From an uncultured Planctomycetota bacterium (GTDB taxonomy: Bacteria; Planctomycetota; Planctomycetia; Isosphaerales; Isosphaeraceae): 64,000 nucleotides of DNA. Positions 32,201 through 44,200 of the stretch are shown here, piece by piece (the first letter of the stretch is position 1; every line of letters begins with the position of its first letter). The translations under genes and the position numbers were made by a program. The notes beneath the pieces were generated by a model. That model was given only the letters and a program-made list of their open reading frames with translations, did not search any database and was not told the DNA's origin. The DNA lies in NCBI GenBank assembly GCA_963823665.1, contig CAWGMQ010000003.1, positions 1,841,159 through 1,905,158 of the forward strand, read 5' to 3'.

Positions 32201-35200
32201 GCGGAGCGGCTGCGAGGGATCGTGCACCAGCCCTCTCCGCCCATGCAAGAGCCGCGCGTTCGACCCTTGCAATCTCGGCGGGATTCGACACGAAGATCCG
32301 GGCGGCTTTGTTGTTAATGTAATTCGGACCGTAGTTCTTAAAAACGGTCACTATCTGCCCATTGACATTGCGGGCCACGAAAGTCTCCGTCGTATGGTTG
32401 ACGTACCCAACGCGGAGTACGCCATTTTCTTGAAAATACGCGAACGGTCCTTTTGCCCCTGGTACATCCCAGATGGCCCCGCGAGTGAACGCTCTTCGAA
32501 GAGCATAAAGTGTAAACTCGATGTCGCCCGGCGCATCAAGAAACTGCCCGATACCCATCCCACCCAGTTGCCCGCCGAGCGCGAACGGGTTCGTCACAGC
32601 GGCTTTCACGCTGATGATTTGGCCGGCCGACAAATATGCGTACTCATTGGTGGCGACGGATTGCCCAAACGGTAGATAGGCGTACTGGTTGGCGATCTTG
32701 CCGGCGGCCGATGTGATGTCCACCGTAGAGCCGGCGTTGTTGAAATCGTAATATGAGGCGGCGCCGCTCGGGCTGACCTGGCTCACCAGGCCTAATCCAT
32801 ACGTGTAGTGTGCCGTCAGGCCTCCGTTGTTGTTGTACGCGCCGGCGCCGCTAAATGCGGCGACCACGGTCCCATTCGGATCTATCTGGTAGTTGGTGAT
32901 GGCGTTGCTTATGGTTTGAGAGATCAGATTACCAAACGGATCGTAAGCGTAACTTTCCGTTAGCCCTGGGCTGGTGGCGCTGACGAGCTCGTCGAGTTCG
33001 TTGTACGCGAAGTTAGCGGTGTTGCCAGTCGGACCCGTTGAGGAGAGCAGGTTGCCGTCCGCATCATATTCGTAAGTGGTTGTGCCCACCCCTACAGTGG
33101 TACTGGAGGTGACTTCGTTCACGCTGTTGACAGCAAAGGTCGTTACCACACCGTTGGCCGTTTCGGAAATTACGTTTCCCCCCGCGTCATAGGCATACTG
33201 CACGTCCTGGGCGGCCAGCCCATCGGGATCGGTTGAATTCGGCGCGAAAACGGCGGTGGTCAATTCGCTGTCGGCGTTGTAGGTGTAAGCCCACATGCCG
33301 TCTTGGCTGGTGTCCGTCAGGACATTTCCGAATGCGTCGTAGGTATAATCATCGAACGAATTGACCGCGCTTTCTGCTGGATCGAAACTGGTTGACCCGG
33401 CAGATGGAGCGTAGTTTGTAATGCTCAGCACGTCACCATCACCGTCGTGCGCGTACATCGTGAAGGTCCCGTTGCCGTTGTCTTTCTGGATCAGGTTGCC
33501 GGCGGCGTCGTAGCTGTAGAGTACGATGAGGTTGCCGCTGGCATCGGTAAGCTCAGAAAGCCGGCCCACGGCGTCGTAGATGTAATTGACCGTGAACCCG
33601 GTTTGATCGACGCTCTGCGTCCGCTGGCAGACGGCGTTGTAGCTGAACTTAAGCCACGTGCCATCGGGATATTCGACCTCGGTGAGCAGATTTGGGTTGC
33701 TCGAGTCGCCATAGACGAACGTGTCGATGTTGCCATCGGCATCGGTCGCACTCGTAATGTTTCCTTCAGTATTGTACGTGTAGGTGTAGGATGTGCCGTC
33801 GGCGAACGTCTCCTGGGTCACGAGTCCGTCGGCGTTGTAGGCGTAATCGATGGCCTGACCGTTGGCATCGAGGAACGACGTTGCCTCGCCCAAGGGATTG
33901 TAGGTATAAGACTGCTCCGTTCCGTCGGCGTACGTTACCGACAGCAAATCGTCGTCGGAGTCGTACGCATAGCTCGTCGTATTGCCCATCGGGTCGGTGT
34001 AGCTGGTCAGGTCATTATTCGCGTTGTAGGTATAGGAGGTGGTCAAACCGAGAGGGTCCGTCTCGCTGGTGAGGTTACCGTCAGCGTCGTAAGAGTAGGT
34101 GTAGGTCAATCCTCCGGGTCCGACCGACTCGATAAGATTGAGATTGGTGTCGTAGTAGTTGCGGGTGACGTTGCCCAAGGGATCGATTGTCACCGCAGGG
34201 GCGCCATAAAGGTCGAAGTAGGTGGTGTTCGTGTTGCCGTCGCCGTCAGTCTCGGTGTACCCGCCAGGGGTCAGATAGGCGATCGTCTCATCTTCGGCGC
34301 CGCCGTTCTCGTGCTCGTCGATGAGCTGGCCGTCGGCGTTATAACTAAAGTGCGTTTCAGTTCCGTTCGCGTAGGTTATGCTGGCCAGTGCATAGTTCTG
34401 TGCAGCGGACTCGCCGGTGACATAGGTGTAGGTAGTGGTGCCATAAGCGTCGGTGAAACTGGTCAGAAACTGGCCGGTCGGGTCGTATCCGTAAGTCTCG
34501 GTCTGCCCGGTGGAGTCGGTCAGGCTGGAAAGATGCGCCTGGGCGTTGTATGCCAGATCGATGTATTCACCGTTCGAATCGGTCAGGGTAGTGAGTTGTC
34601 CGACGGAGTTGTAAGCTGCCGTGATTCGGTTACCATCGGAATCCGCGACGTAGTGCAAGCTGCCGTTGGCGTTGAACCGATAGGTTGTGCCATCGCTCAG
34701 GGTAAGTTGGTATCTGCCGTCGATCTCGGTGAGCGTCGTTCCCTCGTCACCGGCCTCGGGCGCGAAGGCCCCGTTCGACTCCTGGCTGAAGTACGCAGAC
34801 GTGCCGTCATCGTTTATGACGACACCTCCGTTAGCCATCGTGGTCGCAGAGATGTCCCAATTGGTCGTCCAGCCGTACCCAAGGATTCCCTCGGTGTAAC
34901 GGCCAGATATAGAGGCCTGGTATGACTGTGCGAACGTCAGATCCATGCCCGGAGCGGGGAGGTCCTCAGCGGCCTCAGTGGCGAGGGTTTGAGTGGCGTA
35001 ACTGGCATTTGCCTTTTCGGTTTCGAACCAAAGCAAGTCGCTGACGTCTGTCGTCGGCTCGCCAATACTCGCGAGATAGGCGGAGTCACTGTCGAGAGTC
35101 TGGACATACTGGCCCCAGGTTGAGCCCATGTTTTGAGCCACGATCGGCCCGATCGCACTCCAGGCCGCGTTGTTTATGGAACCGAGCTGAAGATCTGGCA

Positions 35201-38200
35201 AGATACTCTGCCAATCGACATCGTCGGAGTCTGTCGTATCGACCTCCGCGAGGCTGAAGGTAACCGGCGTGGACGAGTTCCACTGCGATGAGAGCCAACC
35301 TGCATAATAGACGGGGATTTGCACGGTTTCACCGGGCTCGACCATGCCGGCATTCGCGCCAGCGGCCAAGAACTCTACAGCGCTCGAGAATCCCGAGGGC
35401 GTTTCGTTCAAGTTATAGGCGAGCCCCGAGTCGGAGGAGCTCAGGGACAGGAAGGCTCCCTGGCTGCTCCCTTGCTCGGCCGTTAGCTCAAGAAGCGGGG
35501 CTGGGATCGCGACGTCGCCGGTGTTGGTGTAGTCAACATAGAGCGTTGACGCCGTATTCTGGCCGACGGGGCCAGGCACCACGACATTCGCGGTGAATGT
35601 CGTCCCGCCGTCGCTGATCGAGAGCGATTGAGGAGCCACCAATGTCACGGTGATCGGCACTTGCACTGAGCTCTCGGCGGGAACGACACCGATGTCGGTC
35701 GAGAGCGCTGTGAATGTGTACTCGGAATCGGTCGGGAGATCGAGCGTCACGTCCTGAGCAGCGATCAGGCCGTGGTTGGTGACGGTTGCGTCGAACGTCC
35801 ACGACTGGCCCGGCACTAAAGTCGGAATCGACGCGGGGGCGGTGATCGTGAGCACCGGCGCCGGCACGTCGGTGGCGAATGTGGTTTGAAGCTGGATCTG
35901 ATACGTGTCTTGGATCGTCGTTTGCACGACGTTCCAGGTATACGTGACGAACTGCTCGGCGATGAAGACTTCGTCGCTGTTGGTGATGCCAGGTGTGACC
36001 GTGAACGAGTTTTCGTAGGTCGAATGGCTGGGCGCTGTCACCTCCAGGTCGTAAGGGCCGGCGGGCACGCTCGCGAAAGTCACCTGGCCACTCGCATCGG
36101 TCGTGCCGGTTTCCACGACGTCGCTGTTGTTGTACGGATCGAGCAGCTCGACAGTGGCACCCTGCACGCGCGGCGAGCCGGCTTCCTCGAACGTGTAGTT
36201 GTCGTCGACCAGGATCTGGACTGTTCCGGTCGCCGTCGTAATCGCCGTGAAGGTGAAGGGGACGCTGATCCCGGTGCCCGTGCCACTGATGCCGATTGAG
36301 CCGGTGTACTCTTCGAGCGGCAGGTTCGACGGAGGCGTCAGCTCAACCGTCACGGTTGTGGAGGCACCCGGAGCCAGTGACGGGATCGTCGCTGGCGACG
36401 CGAGCGTCATGTATGATGTGCTCGGCAGGTTGACCTGAAGCGTGCCGCTCGGCGCGCCGCCGTTATTGACGACGGTGAAGGACACGAGCGTCTGGCCGCC
36501 GACCAGCATGCCGGTATCTAGGTAGCCGGGGTCCGCTGCCAAAACCGGCATGAGGGGGTCGACCGTGAAGCCAACGAGTAATTCGAGCACGGCCCCTTGC
36601 GTCGTGGTCAGAGCGATCGATACGACGCCCGAGGCTCCCTGGGTCGACGTATCGGTGAGTGTATAGCTAAGCGGAGCCGTGCCGTCTCCCGCGATCTCGC
36701 TCGGCACGGTCAACTGCACGGTCATGCCAGACGCTTCGTCGCTGTATAAACCCGATAGTCCTCTCAGCGTTTCATCGCTGAGATTCGTCAGCGTGAAGGT
36801 ACCCGTGAGCGGCGTGTTGGGCACGACCGTCACATTTGCGGTTGCCGGGGTTGCTGTCATGCCGACGATCGTGAACTGGGCCTGCACGGCGGGGTTGCTG
36901 ACGCCCGGATCGGCGGCGGTGACCGAGTAGCTGCCTGCCTCGTCGGGAAGCGGCTGGAACGTGACGCTAAAATCTCCGCTCGCGTTGGTCGTGCCGGTCA
37001 GCGTGCGGGTCGTGCCGTCGACCAGGATTTGAACGGCTACCGGCTCATCGACGGCCGGGGCATTGTCGCTTGTGAGCGTCGCCACGCCGGAGAGAACGAC
37101 CGGCGTGCCGGCGGAAACGACGGACGCCGACGGCGTGACTGTCGCGGTGTACGCCGCCTGGTCGTTGTATGGCTGGCCGGCAACGCCAGTGTTGTTGTTG
37201 AAACTTAGCTCCTGCACGCTGTCTCCGCTGTCGGTCAGGACGCGCACGAAATATTGGTCGACGGACGAGGGAGATTGAAGCGTTACGGTCTGCGTGTAGC
37301 TCTGGCCGGGGTTGAGCGTGCCGTTAAACGTGACCGAATCGATCGGAGTTGTGCTCTCGGATCCGCCGGCCGGGTCCAGAAAGACCTGGTCGACCCACGA
37401 GCCGGTTGCGGGATAATCGCCGCTGTTGGTGACGGTCCATGAAATTGATAGAGGGGAGTTGTCGTAGCCGCTTGCTGGGGCAGTCACGCTGGAGACGACC
37501 AGGTCCGGCGTTTGCACGTCGGTGATACCCAGCGTCGCGAGGCCGGTGTCGAGCCCCGTCGTTGTCGCCGAGATCTGAACTTGCTGCATGCCCTCGGGCA
37601 CGCCGTTCTGGACCGCGTCGACTGTGAACGAGACCGAGGTCTGGCCGGCCGGAATCGTGACCGTGGCTGGAACGCTGGTCGCGGTCGGATCGGTACTCGC
37701 CAGGGTCACGACCAATGCGTCCGTGGCGTCCGTGTTGCGCGTGACGGTCGCCGTCACGGTGGACCCCTCAGCCACCGTGGGCGTGGCGACGCTTAATGTC
37801 AGCGCCGGTCCGTTGGCGTTCAACAGGAGCAGGCTGGCCTCGGCTGAGCCCTGGGTGACCACGACACCGGCATATGTTTCGACGTTGGCGGTAATGACGG
37901 CCGTCTGGTTGCCGACGTCCAGACCGCTGTTGAGAGCCGCGATCGGGAAGCTCGCGGATTCTTGCCCGGCATCGATCACAACCGATGCGGGGACAGTGGC
38001 GGCGCTGGTCAGGCTGCTGCCGAGCACGATCGTCAGGGGCTCGGTCGCCGGGCTGGCGATCGACACCGTGGCCGTTGTTGCGTCGGCGCCGGCGGCCTCG
38101 CTCACGGTGGTTTGCGCAAGCGTGAGGCTGAGCGCCGGCACGTTGTCGTCGACCACGGTCGCGCTGTCGGAGCCGTTCTGGAAGCCGCTGGCGGAGGCGG

Positions 38201-41200
38201 TGATCGTGGCCGACTCGTTGCCGTCGATCTGGCCGTCGTTCACCACGGTGACCGGAAACGTTACCGAGACCTGCCCGGCGGGGATGGTGACGGTTGCCGG
38301 GACGGTCAGCTTATTCGTATCGCTGCTCAGCAGGGAGACCGTGAGTGCGGTCGTCGTCGGTGTGTCTCGCGTGACCGTGCCAAGGGTTGCTGGACTGATG
38401 TCAGTTTCGTTGACGGTGTGATTGTTCAATGCAACGGTCAATGCCGGCGCGTTGACGTTGGTCACGGTAAGGCCGGCGCTCCCGGTCGACAGGCCGGACG
38501 CGGTCGCTGTCAGGGTCGCGGTCTGATTCCCGTCGGCGATTCCGGTGTTGATCGTGCCGACGGCAAACCTGGCCGATGTGGCGCCGGCAGGGATCGTCAC
38601 GGTCTCGGGGACGGAGACATCCGTCGTATCGGAGTTGGCGATCGTCACCACGAGTGCATTCGCCGTGTTCGTGTTACGGGTGACCGTGGCGATTGTCGCG
38701 TGGCTCCCCGCGCCGTTGCTGACCGTGTTGCTCGCCAGGGTGAGCGTCAACCCCGCCGCGAGGCTCGTGGACTGGGCCGCAACCGCGGTGCTGCTGGCGG
38801 TGTCGAGCTCGTAGACCTCGCTGAAAGCGTCCTCGACGACGACGAACCAATACGTTCCCTGAGGCAGGCTGGGCATCTGAACGGTCATTGACCGTGAGGC
38901 CGTTTGATTCACGCCGAGAGTGCCGGTGAACGATTGGGCGGACAGGAGGGTCGGGTTGTCTCCGGCCGCATCGGTCGCCAGGAACACCTGTTCCGTCCAG
39001 GGCCCTGTGGCGGGGGCCGAGCCGCTGTTGGTGAGCGTCCAACCGACGGACGTTTGCTGGCCCGGGTCGGCGCTCGTGACTGCGGTGATGCCGCTGGGAA
39101 TCAACTCGGCATAGGCGCCGAGCGTCGATGTCTCGGTCAGCGTGTCTGTGTCGTTGGACTCGCCGGCCGGTGTCGAGACGCTTTGCTTGTAATCGGCCGT
39201 GACGGTGAACTGGATCTGGCCGACGCCTGGGCCGCCGTTGGGAAGGCTGAAGTCGTATTCCTGGTCCACTGATGCGCCGGCGGCCAGGTTTCCGAGGCTT
39301 GCCGCATTGTAGAGGACGTCGCCGGTCGCCAGAACGTCGCCGGTCGTCGTGTTGGTGACCACGATTTGATCGCTGAATGACCCGGAGGCCGGCTGGGCGC
39401 CGGTGTTCGTGTCGGTCCACTCGACGACCAGGGCCATGCCCGACTGCAAGTCGGATGCGGGCGCAGTCATCAGATCCGAGACCGCGAGGGAAACGCTCTT
39501 GAATTCGCCGAAGTCTTTGCCGGCGAGCGTGGCGCCGCTGGTGGCGCTGATCGTGATCGGGCCGGAGCCGGGCGCGGTCTGGATATATCCTGGTTGAGTG
39601 ACGGCGGCAATGCCGTAGATGCCGGGCCCGACGTCGTTGAACGAATAGTTGCCGTTTGAGTCGGTTGTGGTCGTGGAGACGACCTTGTCGAGGCTGTTCA
39701 AGAGCTGCACGGTCCAGCCGGCGAGGCCTGTGTCTCCGGCATCGAGGGTTCCGTCGTCGTGGGCGTCGTCAAATACCTCGCCAGTCACGGTTGCCAGCCG
39801 GAAGTCACCGAACGTCAGGCCGCTCAAGCTTTGCCCCGCGACGACGGTCACGTTAAAGCTTGCCGGCGATGTGGTCTGGACAAAGCCCGTTTGGGTGACT
39901 TCTGCGACGGTGTACCTTCCTGGTGCGACGCCAGCGAGCGTGAAGTCGCCGTTCCCCCCGGTTTGCGCACTGGCGATCACGGTGCTGGCGACGTTCAGGA
40001 GGTCGATGGTCCATCCGGAGAGGCCCGGGTCGCCCGATGCAAAATCGCCGCTCCCGGCGATGTCGTTGAACACCTGACCGGTGATGGTGAGACCCTGAAA
40101 CTCGCCGAGGTCCTCGTTGGTGATGTTCGCGCCGCTCGTCGGCGTGATGGTGACGGGCGAGTTCGATGGCACCCAGCCCGTCTGCTGAACGACTTTGAGG
40201 GTGTACGTGCCTGGCCCAACATTGCTGAACGAGTACGCGCCGCCGGAGCCGGAGGTGGTCTGCACGACGTTCGAGCCCTGAACCAACTCGACGGTCCAGC
40301 CGGAGAGGCCCGTGTCGCCGGAGACGAACGTGCTGGTGTCGTTGGGATCGTTGAATACTTCGCCGCTGATCGAGATGGGGACGAACTCGCCGAAGTTCAC
40401 GGTGTCGGCCTGACCGTTGTTGTCGGTGAGCTGGACGCTCATCGAGGTCGTGGCGACGTATCCAGACCTGGATATGAGCTGCACCGTGTATGTTCCGGGA
40501 AGCAGGGCGGTGAAGGAGTAGGTTCCACCCGAGCTTGTCGTGGCCGTGCCGACGTTTTGCTTGGCGGCGTTGAGCAGATTAACGGTCCAACCGGAGAGGC
40601 CGGGCTCGCCGTTCTCGAGCGAGCCGTCGCCGTTCCAGTCGTTGAACACGGTTCCGCTGATCGAGGCGGTTGGGTGGTCACCGAAATTCTGATTGGTGAC
40701 GACCTGCCCGGAGGTGATCGTGAGGCTGAACGTGCCTGGCGATGCTGGTGCGGTTTGAACGAAACCGGATTGCGACACTTCGGACAGGGTGTACGTGCCG
40801 GGCTGGATTCCGGCGAAGGCGTAATTACCGTTCGCATCGGTAGTTGTCGTGTAGGTGGCGTGCGTCGAGGTATTCGTGAGCTCGACCGTCCAGCCCGCGA
40901 GGCCCGGATCGCCCGAGGTGAGCGTGCCGCTGCCACTAACATCGTCGAAAACTTCGCCGGTGATGATCGCACCGCCGATGATCTTGCCCTGGATCTGCGC
41001 GGTGTGGATATAGAGGTTGAATCCGTTCAGGTTCAGGGTCGTGCCGGAAGGCACGATCAGGTTGTCGACATAAAGGGCCTCGGGTGTGCCGCCTGGCGAG
41101 TTAACGGAGTTATCGACGAGCTCGACGTAGGTGTTGTTGGCGAGCTCGAGCGTGTTGTAGGCGAAGCTCTGGAACCCTGCCGCGGTGCCACCGAGATCCT

Positions 41201-44200
41201 GGGACATGACTTCCAACTGCTGGGGCGAGGAGCTCGTGCCGGTGCCGTCGAGCACGACGGTGCCGAGGATGTTGAACCCGGCGGCATTGGTGGTGGTGCC
41301 GAGCAGGTTGCCGCTCAAGTCAAGGGTGCTGCCGGGCTCGACGGTGAGTGCGCCGGAGCCGTTAATCGTCAGGCTGCCGGAAACCACGACCGTCGCGTTG
41401 GCATAGACGGTTGCGCCGCCCAGGGGATAATCACCGCCGTTCGCGTAAGTGCGAAGGTTGGAATTGACAAGCGAGCTTATGTTGACTTCGACCGGGCCGG
41501 TCGATGTGGCGACAGTTGCCGCGGCGAGGAAGGGTACTCCGTCGGGCTCGTTGCCGTAGCCGAGTAGGATGATGTCGGTGAGCGTGGCCGATTGGAAGGC
41601 GGATGGCAGGACGAAGCCCTGCTCGTCGAGGCGAACCTGGCCGCCGCCGTACGAGGCCGAGCCGAGATATGTATCGCCCAGGGCACCCTGGCCGATCGTG
41701 TCGTTGTAGCCGTCGTTGTTGTGGTCGCGGATGTTCTGGCCTTCCACCAGGTCGACGGTGTAAACGAGCCCGCCGGTGGCTACGAACTCGACGGCGCCGA
41801 CGGTGTCGCCGTACTCACCGTAGGCGGAGTTGATCAGGGTGTAGACTTCGGTCGGGCCGGCGATGTTGACGGGGATGTCGAAGGAGCTGGGGCTGGACTG
41901 GCTGGCCGATGCGGTCTGAATGATTCCGGCGCCGCCGCCGGAATAATTCGCAAGGGCGAAGGGCTCGCTTCGGCCAACGTTCACGCTGCCCTGGTCGACG
42001 GCGGTGCCGGTGTTGATCGTCGACGTGCCGGCGGGGAACGAGACTGTTTGGTTTGCGGGAACGTTTAATGTGGCTGTCGGGTCGGTGGTGACAGTCGCGT
42101 TCACTACAGTCGAAAGGACCGGCGCGCTCAAGACGCCCTCGTTCGTGAAGCTCAGGTAGCCGTCATAGCTGAAGTCGACGGTGGTCAGTGCGGGCAGGTT
42201 GATCGCGCTTCCCGTCCCGCCGGTGAGGATGAGTACGTACGCGCCGGAGATCGTGGTCAGGGCCGGCAGATTGAGAAGGCCCACCGTCCCGCTGCCGTAG
42301 TATGACCCGTTGCCGTAGTTGTAGTCGACGTATTCGGCGGCCTGCAGATATTCGTAACCATTGCTGTTGGTGTAGGTCGTGACAGCGGGGAGAGTCAATT
42401 TGCCCCCGCCGTAGACGCGGAGGCTCGAACCGTCGATGTCACTCAGGTTTGGGAACGCGAACGAGTAATCGCCCGATTCCACGGTGATGCCGCCGTCGGT
42501 GATGCTGGTGAACTGGGTGGTGGCGGAGGAACTGGTGCCGTTGCTCAGCGTGCCGGTGCCGTCCAAGACGATCGTCACGCCGTTCAGGCTGGTGAGGTTG
42601 GCGCCCACCAGAACCGTGCCGTCATCGGTGACGCTCAGTGTGGCATAACCGGAGTCGGTCGGGCTGAATGAAGTGAGGTCGGGCAGGTCGATCTGGCTAT
42701 GCGATCCCTGGGATTCGATCGAAACGCCGTAATATCCGCCGATCATCGTCAAGTCGGGCAGATTGATGAGACCGCCGAGGGTCGTGTCGGTGACCTGGAA
42801 GTACGCGCCGGGGTAGTTGTTGTTCGTGTAACTGCTCACCGCGGGCAGGGTGAACTTTGCTCCTCCCGAGATGTAGAGGCTCGCGCCGTCGATGTCGGTC
42901 AGGTTCGGGAGGGTGTAGGAACCTCCCTGTATGTAGATTCTGCACCCCACCAAAGATGTGAATTGATCGAGCGGAAATTGGCCGGTGCCGTCTAGCGTGA
43001 CCTCGACACCGTGCATGGCGGTTACGCTGCTGTTCAAATCGATTGCGCCGCCCTGAGTGGCGCTCCAGGAGAAGCTGCCGGAGCTACTGAACGAGGTCAT
43101 ACCCGACAGATCAATCAGACTTCCGGAGCCCGAGGCCGAGACGGACATGTTGTCGCTGGCGGTGATCGTGGTCAGGTCTGCCAGGTCGAGCGTGCTTCCC
43201 GCTCCTGAGGACTCGAAGTAGGCGTTGCTGTTGACGTTACTGTACGTTATCACCGCGGGCAGACTCAGGCTGCCACCACCGTAGACGTACAGGCTGGACC
43301 CCTCGATGTTGCTGAGATTCGTGAACGAATTGAGCGGCGTGGCCGCGCCGGAGGCGGGTGCGTAGTCGCCCGCGTCGATCGTGATGCCGCCATTCGATAT
43401 GCTCGTAAACTGGTTGATCGGGATGTTCCCCGACCCGTCGAGCACAAGCGTTACGCCGTTCAGGGCGCTGAGTTGGCTGTTCAGCTCGATAGCGCCGCTG
43501 TTCGTAGCCGAAAGGGTGGCGCCGTAGTTCTCGCCGTAGTAATCAACCGCGTTGTAGGTGGTGAGCGCAGGGAGATTGACGAGGCTGTTCGGACCATCGG
43601 ACTCGACGCTGACCAGTGAGAAGTAGCCCGAGACGTTGATCGAGGTGAGGGCGGCGAGCTCCACGTCACCCCCGCTCTGGGCCTCGATCATGAGCGGAGC
43701 GTAGTCATAGCTGGTGCTCCCGCTGATCGAAGTGAGTTCCGGCAGGCTGAGCTTGGAACTCGTCCCCGTCGCCTCGAAAATGTTGCCATACTGAGAGAAG
43801 ACATAGGGATCGTCGATCGCCTGATAGGTTGCGAGGTCCGGCAGCGACAAGCTGCCGGCCAAGACAAGCAGAGAAGAGCCGTCGATGTTGGAAAGGCTCG
43901 TGAACGAATTCGACGACGTGGCGGCACCGGAAGTGGGTGCGTAGTCGCCTCCGGTGATTCGAATGGCGCCGTTATTCAGGGCGGTCCACTGGCTGACCGG
44001 CAACACACCGGACCCATCGAGCGTCACATCGACGCCGTCGGGGCTGGTCAAGCTGCCGTCCTCGACCGTCGCGCCCTGCGTCACGCTCAGGTTGGAAGCG
44101 TAGTAGCCGTAGTCGTAGTCGGACGTGCTGAACGTAGTGAGGGCCGGCAGGTCAATCTGGCTGGCCGAGCCCGCGGCCTCTATGCTGACACCGTAGGGCC

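Noticed and set aside
33447..34925. 492-aa plus-strand ORF as a possible Rhs immunity gene
   Set aside because: Wholly antisense to the YD repeats, with shadow-type composition; the same applies to 39759..41567
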